64,000 bases of DNA from NCBI GenBank assembly GCA_963792585.1, contig CAWBWI010000005.1:96001-160000 (forward strand), given 5' to 3'. This document shows, one piece after another, positions 39,281 to 48,879 of the stretch. Each line of letters opens with the position of its first letter. Within the stretch, counting starts at the first letter, position 1. This DNA is from Candidatus Eiseniibacteriota bacterium (GTDB taxonomy: Bacteria > Eisenbacteria > RBG-16-71-46 > CAIMUX01 > VGJL01). Below the pieces are notes generated by a model. That model ran no database searches. It had not been told where the DNA came from and saw nothing but the letters and a program-made list of their open reading frames with translations. The position numbers and the translations under genes are program-made.

Positions 39281-41190
39281 GCCGCTGGGGTTGGACGTGG
39301 CTCCTGCTCGTAGCAGGCGCGGCGCATGGGGTCGAACTCCCCGAATGGGCGCGTTCGGAAGATGTCACCGTCGCCAAGGCGGCGTTTCCCGAAGGAGAGA
39401 CAATTCAGGTGCTCGACTGTCAGGAACTCGAGGTCGGCGCTTCGGGAAGTCGGGAATTCCGGATTCGCCGGATCTTTTACGTCCGTGAGGGGAAGGCGGA
39501 CACACACGACCATGTCGGCTTCGTGACGTCCTCGAATCGGAAACTCCACGAGATCCGAGCGTGGCGACGCGATGCGAACGGCCGGGTCGAGGTCTTCGAT
39601 CGACCCATATTCTCGCAAAGGCTCGGGGGGAAGCTCTATTCGGAGGACAGGGAGAACATCGTCCCGATTCCAGGCATCGGTCCGGGGGCGGTGATCGCAA
39701 TCGAGTTGGCCTTCCACGACGACTCCCCGGACTTCAGGACCGACTACACCCCCGCGCGGTCCGATGTCCCCGTCCTGAGGTGGGAGTATCGACTGAAACT
39801 CCCGGACGGCTGGAGCGCCCAGGGGGCCTGGTTCGATCCGACGACCGATACGCTCGTCACCGCCGAGCCGGCAGGCGTTGCGGGAGGGTGGATCCTCTGG
39901 ACGCGCGAACGAATTCCCACGTTCGGCAAGAAGGAACCCTACGCGCCGCGTGAGACTGCAATCTCCCCGCAATTCCTCGTTCGCTACGGCCGCCCGGGCG
40001 ATCCGTCGATGGGCACGTGGAAATCGGTCGCGGAGTGGTTCAGCGTCTATAGCGCATCAGCGCTGAAGGAAAGCGAGAGCCTGCGTCCCGCCGGAGAGAA
40101 GATCTTCGGTGGAGCAAGGGACTTCGACGCGAGAGTCTCCCTCATCGCCGACTGGGTCCGTTCATCGATCGGCTATGTGCAGATCCACCTCGAGGACGGC
40201 GGCTTCCGTCCCCATCCGGCCCCGGAGGTCTATGCCAACCGGTTCGGCGACTGCAAGGACATGGCTCATCTCGCGATTGCCCTGCTGGACCTCGCCGGGA
40301 TTCGCTCCCATCCCGTGCTCACGGAGACGGGAGATCGCAGCCACATCCGGCCCGGCTTTCCAACGCCGAGTTTCAACCACTGCATTGTCGCGATCGAGCG
40401 TCCCGGAGACGACGCGGGCTTGCTCTACTTCGATCCCACCGCAAGGTCGATTCCCCTGGGACGGCTTTCCCAGTTCCTCGAGGGAGCGCCGGCCCTGGTC
40501 GTCGGTTCGCCGTTCGATTCGGCGCTAACGCGCCTCCCCGAGAGTAGCGCTTCCCAGAATGGCCTCAGGGTCCGGGGCGTGATCGCGATCGCGCCGGGCC
40601 TGCGCGCCATCGCCTCCATCGAGGAACTCCGACTCGGGCAGCAAGCCTACGCAGCGCGCGACCTGCTGCTTGACATGAGTCCGCAGGACCGATCCCGTTG
40701 GGTCCAGGACCGGGTGGCTCGTCGTTACGTCGGAGCGCATGTCGACTCGGTCGCATTCCCCGACCTATCCCGCGTGAGCGACACGCTCACGATCCGCTAT
40801 GCGGCGAGAATCCCCGAGATCGGCCGCATGGTGGGCGACCTGGCCCTGATCCAGCCCGATTTCATCACCGCTTGGGACGCGCGGTTCTTTGCAAGCGACG
40901 AGCGACTCCGGCCGATCCAGTTCAGCTATCCATATCGGAACGAGACGCGGCTCGAAGTGCACTATCCCGAGGAGTGGACCGCCCGCGAAGTCCCCGCCGA
41001 GGCCGCTGCGGAGAGCCCTTTCGCCTACTATCGGCGACGCTATGAAGGTGAGACCGGGGTGGTACGCGTCGAGCGGATCGAGGAGGTGCGGCTCAAGAAT
41101 CTCCCGGCGAAGGACTATCGGCTCGCGAAGGAATGGGATCGGACTGCGACGGAAGCGGACCGCCAGCGGCTCGTGCTGAGCCGGCCATAG
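39277..41190 (+). CDS. DUF3857 / transglutaminase domain protein
   Basis: GDCKD (catalytic Cys), FNHCI (His) and YFDPT (Asp) triad motifs; GTGA coupling to the upstream gene. Confidence 0.85.
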   Translation: MSRWGWTWLLLVAGAAHGVELPEWARSEDVTVAKAAFPEGETIQVLDCQELEVGASGSREFRIRRIFYVREGKADTHDHVGFVTSSNRKLHEIRAWRRDANGRVEVFDRPIFSQRLGGKLYSEDRENIVPIPGIGPGAVIAIELAFHDDSPDFRTDYTPARSDVPVLRWEYRLKLPDGWSAQGAWFDPTTDTLVTAEPAGVAGGWILWTRERIPTFGKKEPYAPRETAISPQFLVRYGRPGDPSMGTWKSVAEWFSVYSASALKESESLRPAGEKIFGGARDFDARVSLIADWVRSSIGYVQIHLEDGGFRPHPAPEVYANRFGDCKDMAHLAIALLDLAGIRSHPVLTETGDRSHIRPGFPTPSFNHCIVAIERPGDDAGLLYFDPTARSIPLGRLSQFLEGAPALVVGSPFDSALTRLPESSASQNGLRVRGVIAIAPGLRAIASIEELRLGQQAYAARDLLLDMSPQDRSRWVQDRVARRYVGAHVDSVAFPDLSRVSDTLTIRYAARIPEIGRMVGDLALIQPDFITAWDARFFASDERLRPIQFSYPYRNETRLEVHYPEEWTAREVPAEAAAESPFAYYRRRYEGETGVVRVERIEEVRLKNLPAKDYRLAKEWDRTATEADRQRLVLSRP

Positions 41191-41240
41191 GGGTCGTCCC
41201 GCGGAGCCGAAGTTCGCGCGGCGCCGCGACCGGACGGGTC

Positions 41241-42356
41241 CTACGCCGAGGTCTTGTGGAACCGCTTCGCCGACAGGACCAGCACGCCGACCCCCATGGC
41301 GAGCAGCGCGGCGTAGTGCGGCCAGAGCGGGGCGAGGCCAGCCCCCTTCAGGAAGATCGCCCTCACGATCTGGAGATAGTGGCGCACCGGGTTCAACAAC
41401 GTGAGCCATTGGAAGAGGATCGGCATGCTGCTGATCGGGAACATGAACCCGGAGAGGAGGATCGTCGGCATCATGATCAGGAAGTTGACCATGAAAGCCT
41501 CCTGCTGCGTGTTCGCGACCGTCGAGATCAGGAGACCCAGCCCGAGCGCCGGCAAGAGATAGAGGACGCTCGCCAAGAGCAACAACAGCAGGTTTCCCCG
41601 GAACGGGACGTGGAACCAGAGGAGCGCGACCGTCGTCACGATGATCAGCTCCAGCAGACCGGTCAGGGCGAAGGGGATCGTCTTGCCGGCGATCAGCTCC
41701 CCCGGCGACAGGGGGCTCACGCGCAACTGCTCGAGGGTGCCGATCTCCTTCTCCCGAACGACCGCCAGCGCCGTCAGCAACATGCTCGTCAACAGGATGA
41801 TCATCCCGACGACCGCCGGCACGTTGTAGTCGCGGCTCGCGAGGTCGGGATTGAACCACGCTCGCTCGCGCAGATCGACGGGGACGGTGAGGGGCGACGT
41901 GGAGGTTCGCATCCCATACGCCCGCACGATCCTCTCCGCGTAGCCCAGCGCCACCGTCGCGACGTTCGAATTCGTGCCGTCGACTAGGATCTGGATCTTC
42001 GCGCCGCCGCGCGACAGATCCCGCGCGAAGCCGGCCGGAATCTCGATTCCCACCACCGCCCGGCCATGGTCGAGCGCGTCGATGAGGTCCCCGGGTCGAT
42101 CCGACCCTCCGACGACCTTGAAGTAACCCGACGAGGTGAAGGCCTCGATCACCTCACGAGAGGCTTGGCTCCGATCGTGATCGACGACGAACGTCCGCGT
42201 GTCGCGGACATCGGTAGAGACGGCATATCCGAAGACCATGAGCTGGACCACGGGCGCGATGAAGATCAATCCGCGGAGCCGCACGTCCCGAAACGCCTGC
42301 AGGAGTTCCTTGCGGACGATCTGACGGATACGCTCGATCCGGTCCCGCGGGATCAT
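41241..42356 (-). CDS. ABC-2 transporter permease (YbhR-like)
   Basis: VREKEIGTLEQL, LLSGFMFPISSMP and IFLKG motifs. Confidence 0.9.
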   Translation of the reverse strand: MIPRDRIERIRQIVRKELLQAFRDVRLRGLIFIAPVVQLMVFGYAVSTDVRDTRTFVVDHDRSQASREVIEAFTSSGYFKVVGGSDRPGDLIDALDHGRAVVGIEIPAGFARDLSRGGAKIQILVDGTNSNVATVALGYAERIVRAYGMRTSTSPLTVPVDLRERAWFNPDLASRDYNVPAVVGMIILLTSMLLTALAVVREKEIGTLEQLRVSPLSPGELIAGKTIPFALTGLLELIIVTTVALLWFHVPFRGNLLLLLLASVLYLLPALGLGLLISTVANTQQEAFMVNFLIMMPTILLSGFMFPISSMPILFQWLTLLNPVRHYLQIVRAIFLKGAGLAPLWPHYAALLAMGVGVLVLSAKRFHKTSA

Positions 42357-43492
42357 GCCAGTTCCTTCCGGAAACCACGGACCGACAGAATGAGCCCGAT
42401 CGCGGAGAAGGCGATCATCGAAAGACCTTGCACGAACAGGACGTCGGCGCCGACGCCCTTCAGGAAGATCCCCCGCGTCACGACGAGGAAGTAACGCGCC
42501 GGAACGCCGATGGTGAGGATCTGGAGCGCTCGAGGCATCGCGCTGATCGCGAACATGAACCCCGAGAGCAGGTAGGCCGGCAGGAAGGTGAGCACCATCG
42601 CAAGCTGCGTGGCCAGCATCTGCGAGCGCGTGACCGCAGAGATGAAGATTCCGAGCCCCAGCGCGCCGGTCAGGAAGAAGAAGCTCAAGATCATCAAGAG
42701 GATGGGGCTTCCCCGCAACGGCACGCCGAAGAGGAAGACCCCCAGAAGGGTCGTCACGACCACGTCGGCAAGACCGATCACCAGATAGGGGAGGAGCTTG
42801 CCCAAAACGACCTCGACGCGCGAGACCGGGGTCGCGGCGAGCTGCTCCATCGTTCCCCGTTCCCACTCGCGCGCGATCGTGAGCGAGGTGAGGATCGCCG
42901 CGATGATCATCATGATCACGGCGATCAGCCCGGGCACGATCATGTTCCGGCTCTTGAGATCCTCGTTGTACCAGACGCGTGATTCCGCCTGCAACGGCGG
43001 CTTCCACGATGTCCCCTGCACCATGACGGAGGAGCTGAAGTTCAGGACGACACCCTGTACGTAGGCGAGGATGATCGTGGCGGTGTTCGCGTCGCTTCCG
43101 TCCACGATCGCCTGCAGCTCGGCGGGGCGTCCCCCGTCGAGCGCCTCGGCGAATCCCGGCGGGATGACCAGAACGACCCGCACGTCTCCCTTCTCCAGGA
43201 GCGGGGCGATCGCATCGGTCCGGTCGATCTCCTCCGTGAAGGTGAAGTAGCCGGCGGAGCGGAAGGTGTCGATCAATCCCCGGCTGCGGGCGGTGTGATC
43301 CTGGTCGCAGACCGCCGTGTGGACGTCGTCGATATCCCAGTTGATCGCATAGCCGAAGAGGATGAGCAGGAGGACCGGCAGCGCAAACGCCAGGATCAGG
43401 CTCCGCGTGTCGCGTCGAAGCTGGATCGCCTCCTTCCGGGAGATCGCCAGGAGCCGCATGGCGCTCAGGCGGACCGGGCGGAGATCAGCCAT
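42353..43492 (-). CDS. ABC-2 transporter permease (YbhS-like)
   Basis: KEAIQLRRD, IAREWERGTMEQL and LLSGFMF motifs. Confidence 0.9.
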   Translation of the reverse strand: MADLRPVRLSAMRLLAISRKEAIQLRRDTRSLILAFALPVLLLILFGYAINWDIDDVHTAVCDQDHTARSRGLIDTFRSAGYFTFTEEIDRTDAIAPLLEKGDVRVVLVIPPGFAEALDGGRPAELQAIVDGSDANTATIILAYVQGVVLNFSSSVMVQGTSWKPPLQAESRVWYNEDLKSRNMIVPGLIAVIMMIIAAILTSLTIAREWERGTMEQLAATPVSRVEVVLGKLLPYLVIGLADVVVTTLLGVFLFGVPLRGSPILLMILSFFFLTGALGLGIFISAVTRSQMLATQLAMVLTFLPAYLLSGFMFAISAMPRALQILTIGVPARYFLVVTRGIFLKGVGADVLFVQGLSMIAFSAIGLILSVRGFRKELA

Positions 43493-44429
43493 CGACCGCT
43501 CCCCCCTCGAGGTGCACCAGCGAGACGAAGACGTCTTCGAGGCTCGGCGTGATCTCGTCGATCCCTGCCAGCGGGACCCCGCGCGAGGCGAGAATGGGCG
43601 GGATGGCGGCGCGCGCCTCCGCCGCGTCCCGCACGACCGCATGGACCGCGCGGCCGAACATGCCTACGTCGACGATCCACGGTTCGTTCTTGAGCGCCTC
43701 GACGGCCGTCGCGCAGTCGCCGACGCGGACCTCGAGCAGCGGCGAGGTCATGCTCGTCCGCAGGCCTCCGGGCGTGTCCAGCGCGATCCGTTTCCCTCGG
43801 TTCATCAGGGCGAGACGGTCGCAGTATTCCGCCTCCTCCATGTAGTGGGTCGTGACGAACACCGTCGTCCCCTTTGCCGTGAAGCTGTAGATCAGGTCCC
43901 AGAAGCTCCGGCGCGAGATCGGGTCGACGCCGGAGGTCGGCTCGTCGAGGAAGAGGATCGGCGGTTCGTGGATAAACGCGCATCCCAGCGCGAGGCGCTG
44001 CTTCCAGCCCAGGGACAGCTCGCCGGTCATGCGCCGGCGCATCCCCTCGAGTCCCGCCATCTCGAGGACCCAGTCGCGGCGCTGGACGCGGCGGGTCCGA
44101 TCGACGCCGTAGAGCCCGGAGAAGAGGGCGATGTTCTCCTCGACCGTCAGATCCGCGTAGAGCGAGAAGAGCTGGGACATGTAGCCGATGTGTCGCTTGA
44201 TCGACTCGCTCTGGGTCATGACGTCGAAACCGGCGACCGTGCCGCTGCCGGACGTCGGCAGGATCAGGCCGGTCAGCATCTTGATCGTCGTCGTCTTGCC
44301 CGCACCGTTGGGACCGAGGAAGCCGAAGACCTCGCCCGCGCGCACCTCGAAGGTGACGTCGTCGACGGCCACGAAGGAGCCGAACGTCTTGCGCAGGTGA
44401 TCGACACGAACCGCGATCGAGTCCGTCAT
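43485..44429 (-). CDS. ABC transporter ATP-binding protein
   Basis: GPNGAGKT, LSLGWKQR, FLDEPT and TTHYMEEAE motifs. Confidence 0.95.
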   Translation of the reverse strand: MTDSIAVRVDHLRKTFGSFVAVDDVTFEVRAGEVFGFLGPNGAGKTTTIKMLTGLILPTSGSGTVAGFDVMTQSESIKRHIGYMSQLFSLYADLTVEENIALFSGLYGVDRTRRVQRRDWVLEMAGLEGMRRRMTGELSLGWKQRLALGCAFIHEPPILFLDEPTSGVDPISRRSFWDLIYSFTAKGTTVFVTTHYMEEAEYCDRLALMNRGKRIALDTPGGLRTSMTSPLLEVRVGDCATAVEALKNEPWIVDVGMFGRAVHAVVRDAAEARAAIPPILASRGVPLAGIDEITPSLEDVFVSLVHLEGGAVDG

Positions 44430-45364
44430 GCGCCGGTCCCCTGTTCGATCCGCTCGATGAACACGTCTTCCATCGACCGCTCGATCTCCTGCGCGTCGAG
44501 GACCGTGAAGCCGGAGGCTCGAAGGTGGTCGACGATGTCGCCGGTATCCCGCGAAGCCGAGCCCACGGTGAGGTGGATCCGGTCGCCGAAAACTGCGGCG
44601 CGCCGGACCGCCGGGTGCTGGAGGGCCACGGCCCGGGCCTCGCGCGCCCGATCCAGGCGCACGGCGACGATCTCTCCGGGGAGGCCCTGCGGAAGGTCAG
44701 CAGGAGAGCCGACGGCGAGGATCCGTCCCTTGTTCAGCAGAACGAGCTGGTCGAACCGCTCGGCCTCGTCCATGTAGGCCGTGCTTACGAGGACCGTCGT
44801 CCCCCGATGAACCATCTCGTGGACGATGAGCCAGAGGTCCCGTCGCGAGATCGGGTCGACCCCGAATGTCGGTTCGTCGAGCAGGAGGATTTCCGGCTGG
44901 TGGATGAGCGCGCACGAGAGGGCAAGCTTCTGTTTCATCCCGCCGGAGAGGCGACCGGCGAGGCGATCCGCGAATGCGGCGAGGTTCGAGAAATGAAAGA
45001 GGCGTTCGATGCGCGCCGACCGCTCGCCCCGCGGAACGCGATAGAGATCGGCGAAGAAGAGGATGTTCTCCATCACGGTCAGATCCGCATAGAGGCCGAA
45101 ACGCTGGGGCATGTAGGCAATCCGGTTCTTGACGGCCTCCGGGTCGCGGACGACCGACACGCCGCCGATCCGGGCATCCCCCGAAGAGGGCCGGAGGACG
45201 CCCGCGAGCATCCGGAGTGTCGTGGTCTTGCCGGCGCCGTCGGGTCCGACCAGACCAAAGAGCTCACCCGGGGCGACGGAGAGATCGATCGCGTCGACCG
45301 CGATGAGATCGCGGAATCGCCGGGTCAGCCCCTCGACGACGATCGCGGGCCCGGAGTCGGTCAT
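44426..45364 (-). CDS. ABC transporter ATP-binding protein
   Basis: GPDGAGKT, LSGGMKQK and LLDEPT motifs; ATG 45364. Confidence 0.95.
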   Translation of the reverse strand: MTDSGPAIVVEGLTRRFRDLIAVDAIDLSVAPGELFGLVGPDGAGKTTTLRMLAGVLRPSSGDARIGGVSVVRDPEAVKNRIAYMPQRFGLYADLTVMENILFFADLYRVPRGERSARIERLFHFSNLAAFADRLAGRLSGGMKQKLALSCALIHQPEILLLDEPTFGVDPISRRDLWLIVHEMVHRGTTVLVSTAYMDEAERFDQLVLLNKGRILAVGSPADLPQGLPGEIVAVRLDRAREARAVALQHPAVRRAAVFGDRIHLTVGSASRDTGDIVDHLRASGFTVLDAQEIERSMEDVFIERIEQGTGA

Positions 45365-46360
45365 GGCCGCCGCATATCGATCGTCACGTCGACGGGCATG
45401 CCGGGCTTCAGATCCAGCGATGGATCGCCGGTGATCCGGACCTTGACTGCGTAGACGAGCTTCACCCGCTCCTCGGCCGTCTGCACCGTCTTCGGCGTGA
45501 ACTCCGCCCGGCTCGCGATGAAAGAGACCTCCCCCGGATACGTCTTGCCGCGAAACGTGTCGCAGGTCAGGACCGCGGCGAGACCGAGCCGGATCCCGCC
45601 GATCCGCGTCTCCGGCACGTAGATCCGCACCCAACGGTCATCGGGATTCATCACCGTCAGGACGGCGGCGCCGGCCGGCACGATCTCCCCGGGCTCCCGG
45701 TGGCGGACGGTGACGATGCCGTCGAACGCGGAGCGGATCGTCATGTTGGCGAGCATGGCCTCGATCTGGCGGACCGCGGCCTCCGCCTGCGCGACCTGCG
45801 CCCGCTGCGCATCGATTCGCTCCCGTCGCGGGCCCGCCCGGACCAGCGCGAACTGCTCCTGCGCAGCCCTCGGCCTGGTTCTTTGCAACGTCGTACGCAA
45901 GCCGCGCCTTGTCGTATGCCTCCGGACTTGCGGCTCCGCCGTCGCGAAGGGCGAGCGCTCGATCGAGATCGCGTTTCGCGTCATCCATCCGCTGCGCGGC
46001 CGCGTCGCGGTTCGCCCGCGCCTGAGCGATTTCCTCATCGCGGGAACCCCGCTCCATCTCCGAGAGGAGCGCGCGGGCCGCATCGAGCTGCGCTTGGGTC
46101 TGATCGAGCCTCGCCTGCTGCTCCGAACGATCCAGAGTCGCCAGGACCGCGTCGGCCTTCATCCGGTCTCCTTCCCGGACGGCGATATCGGCGATCCGGC
46201 CGGTCAACTGGAAGCCGAGCTGCGCCTCTGTCGCCTCCGCCGTGCCCGAGGCAAGGAGCTGGTCGCTGGCGCGTCGATTGCGCGCCTGATGGGTGATGAC
46301 GACGATGGCGCCGATCGCGAGGATCCCGACGACGGGAATGAGCCTTCGATTGGGTTTCAT
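45361..46360 (-). CDS. HlyD-family periplasmic adaptor (YbhG-like; probable frameshift near 45869)
   Basis: N-terminal TM, ASGT.EA and VREGD; C-terminal AEFTPKTVQT...LKPGMP. Removing one G in a GGG run joins the two halves. Confidence 0.85.
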
Positions 46361-47705
46361 GGCCTGGACTCCAAGTTCTGGGCGAGCCACTCGAGGGAGA
46401 GCTGGCCGGTGATGCGGGCAAGATCGACCCGGGTCACGATCTCGCGGTAGCGGGCGTTCACGAGGTTCGCTCGCGCGGCGAGGAGGTCGGCTTCCGCGCT
46501 CAGGTAATCGGTCTGCGTGCCCGAGCCGACATCCAGGGAGAGCTTCTCGATGCGCGCGACCTCCGTCATGCTGGCGACCGCGCTCTTGAGGCTGCGCACG
46601 CGGGCGTGGGCTTCCGCGACCATGGTGGACGCGCGCTCGACATCCTGCCGCAGCTGGAGTTCGGACAGGCGCAGTTGCTCGAACGCGCCGCGGCGCACGG
46701 CGTCGGAACGCGCGATCCCGCTCTCGATCGCGCCGCCCGTGAAGAGGGGCAGAGCGAGGTGCGCGCCCGCATTCCACTCGATCTGATCGTTTCCCTTCGC
46801 AGTCGGACCAGCCGTTGTAGCCGCCGGCGAGCGCAATCGAGGGAAGGCGAGTGCCACGGGCCACGCGGCGCCCGGCCTCCGCCGCCGCGGCCTGCGCCCG
46901 GGCCAGCGCGAGAGCCGGGCTCTTCGCGATCGCCTCGACGATCGTCCGCTCCGGATCCGGCGGGAGAGTGTCGGCGAGCTCGACCGCCTCGGAGTTCCGG
47001 TGCCCGTGTCTGCGCGACCTCCGCTCCGATCAGGCGGGCGAGGTCTCCCTCGGCGAGCGCCAGGGCGGAGGCATAGCTCACCCGTTCCGCGTCGGCGTTG
47101 GCGATCGCCGCGTCGACCCTCAGACGCTCGACGGGCGCGGCCCGCCCCACGGCGAGGAGCTGGGCGACGCGTTCCGTCTCGGCAGCGAGGGCCGCGAGCC
47201 GGCTGTCGTGGGCTTCCAGGATCTCGCGGCGGCTCAGAACATCGACGTAGGAAACGATGACGCGCCCCGCGATCGATTGGCCCGCCGCGTCGAGGGCCGC
47301 ATCGGCGGAGGCGGCGCGTTCCCGCGCCTGTCGCACCCGCGCGCCCCGCGCCCCGCCGTCGAAGAGGGCGTAGTTCAGGTTCAGCCCTCCCTGATAGATC
47401 GTCCGCTCGAACGGAGGAAGCGCCCCGGGCCTGAATCCGTGGATGGGATAGACGGCCATCGGCTCCTCGTACCGATTCGCGGCGGCCGTGAGGCGGAGGC
47501 TCGGGAACCATGCGGCGCGCGCCTCTCCAATCGCGGCGCGCGCCTCCTCGCCGGCCGCAGCCGCGACGGCCACGGCGGGATAGCCTTCGAGGGCGCGTCG
47601 GACCGCTTCGTCGACTCTCAGCGACTCCGCGCGGGCGCCTGCGTTCGTCCCCGATAGGACGAGCAGCGCGGCCGCGCTCCGGAGTCCGAAGTCCGCAAGC
47701 TTCAC
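46357..47705 (-). CDS. TolC-family outer membrane efflux protein (two probable frameshifts, near 46990 and 46800)
   Basis: Signal peptide; WFPSLRL, YALFDGG and LPLFTGG motifs distributed over three frames. Confidence 0.8.
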
Positions 47706-48370
47706 GATCTCTCCTTCCTCACGGGCGGGCGGGAGCGGCGGGCCCCGACGCTGCGCGGGGCGGACTCCCGGACGGGAGCAGCGATCGCCCTGCGCAGGAT
47801 CTCCCAGGCCAGTCGCGCCTGCCGGGTGGCGTCGAACCGCCCATCGCTCAGGAACCATAGGACGCCGACCGGCTGGAAGATGCCCAGGAACATGACCGAG
47901 ACGGCCCCCGGATCGACATCCTCGCGGATGCTCCCCTCGGCCTGCCCCTTGCGCACGATCTCCTCGAGACGCCGAAGATATTCCACGAGGGTGCCGTGGA
48001 TCAGAGCCTTCCGTTCGGGGTGTCCAACGTGGAGCTCCTCGGCGAAGAGGATCCGCGGGATCGCCTGGTTTTCCCGGATCATCTCGATCTGGCGCATCAG
48101 CGTCCTGCGAATGACCTCGAGCGGCTCGGCGGATTCGGCACAGGCGGCCTCGACGTTGCTCAGAATCCGCGTACGCAGGTGACCCAGAATGGCGTCGATC
48201 AGCTCATCCTTGTTGCGAAGATGACGGTAGATCGCCGACGGCGAGATTCCGACCCGACGCGCGACGACGACCATGCTCAGGCTGCGGACGCCGCCGGCCA
48301 TCACCAAGCTCAGGCCGGCCCGAGTGATCTGTTCCCGCCGCACTGCGGTCTCGAGTTTCTCCGCCGCCAC
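47702..48370 (-). CDS. TetR/AcrR family transcriptional regulator
   Basis: HTH VARRVGISPSAIYRHLRNKDEL. Confidence 0.92.
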   Translation of the reverse strand: MAAEKLETAVRREQITRAGLSLVMAGGVRSLSMVVVARRVGISPSAIYRHLRNKDELIDAILGHLRTRILSNVEAACAESAEPLEVIRRTLMRQIEMIRENQAIPRILFAEELHVGHPERKALIHGTLVEYLRRLEEIVRKGQAEGSIREDVDPGAVSVMFLGIFQPVGVLWFLSDGRFDATRQARLAWEILRRAIAAPVRESAPRSVGARRSRPPVRKERS

Positions 48371-48381
48371 CTACCCTCCCG

Positions 48382-48429
48382 ATGTGAATGCAGATTCACA
48401 TTATGAAACAATCTTCCCGGACGTGTCAA
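48382..48429 (-). promoter_or_regulatory. Sigma70-type promoter (TTGACA-18nt-CATAAT) overlapping palindromic operator ATGTGAAT-GCAG-ATTCACAT
   Basis: -35 at 48424-48429 and -10 at 48400-48405 on the minus strand; perfect 8-bp inverted repeat at 48382-48401. Confidence 0.75.
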
Positions 48430-48654
48430 CCATGTAAGCGGTCCGTGGCAGTCAGCAGAATGATTGCTATCAATCTGTTATGGACTCTCCGTTCCGGCCA
48501 CCCTGGCACTCACCTTCCCACCTGACGGGTACTGATGTGAATGACTCATCGCATAAGGCCTTCGCCAATCCTCCGACCGAGCCTGCCGGGACGTGTTACC
48601 GTGTCTGGGTCATCACGCTGCGGGGGCGGCGCTCCACGAAGACAAGGAGGATCC

Positions 48655-48861
48655 ATGACAGGCGGAGTCTACAAGTACATCGATGTGGTCGGAACGAGCG
48701 GGAAGTCGATCGAGGATGCCATTGCGACGGCAGTCACCCAGGCGTCCAAGAGCGTTCGCAACATCTACTGGTTCGAGGTGGCCGAGACGCGCGGCAAGAT
48801 CGAGGACGGCAAGGTGGTGGAATACCAGGTGCGGCTGCGGCTGGGTTTCAAGCTCGACTAG
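48655..48861 (+). CDS. Dodecin (flavin-binding)
   Basis: VYKYIDVVGTS.KSIEDAI, WFEV and EYQV.L.LGF motifs; AAGGAGG RBS. Confidence 0.95.
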   Translation: MTGGVYKYIDVVGTSGKSIEDAIATAVTQASKSVRNIYWFEVAETRGKIEDGKVVEYQVRLRLGFKLD

Positions 48862-48879
48862 CGCGTTCCGCTCTTCCTC

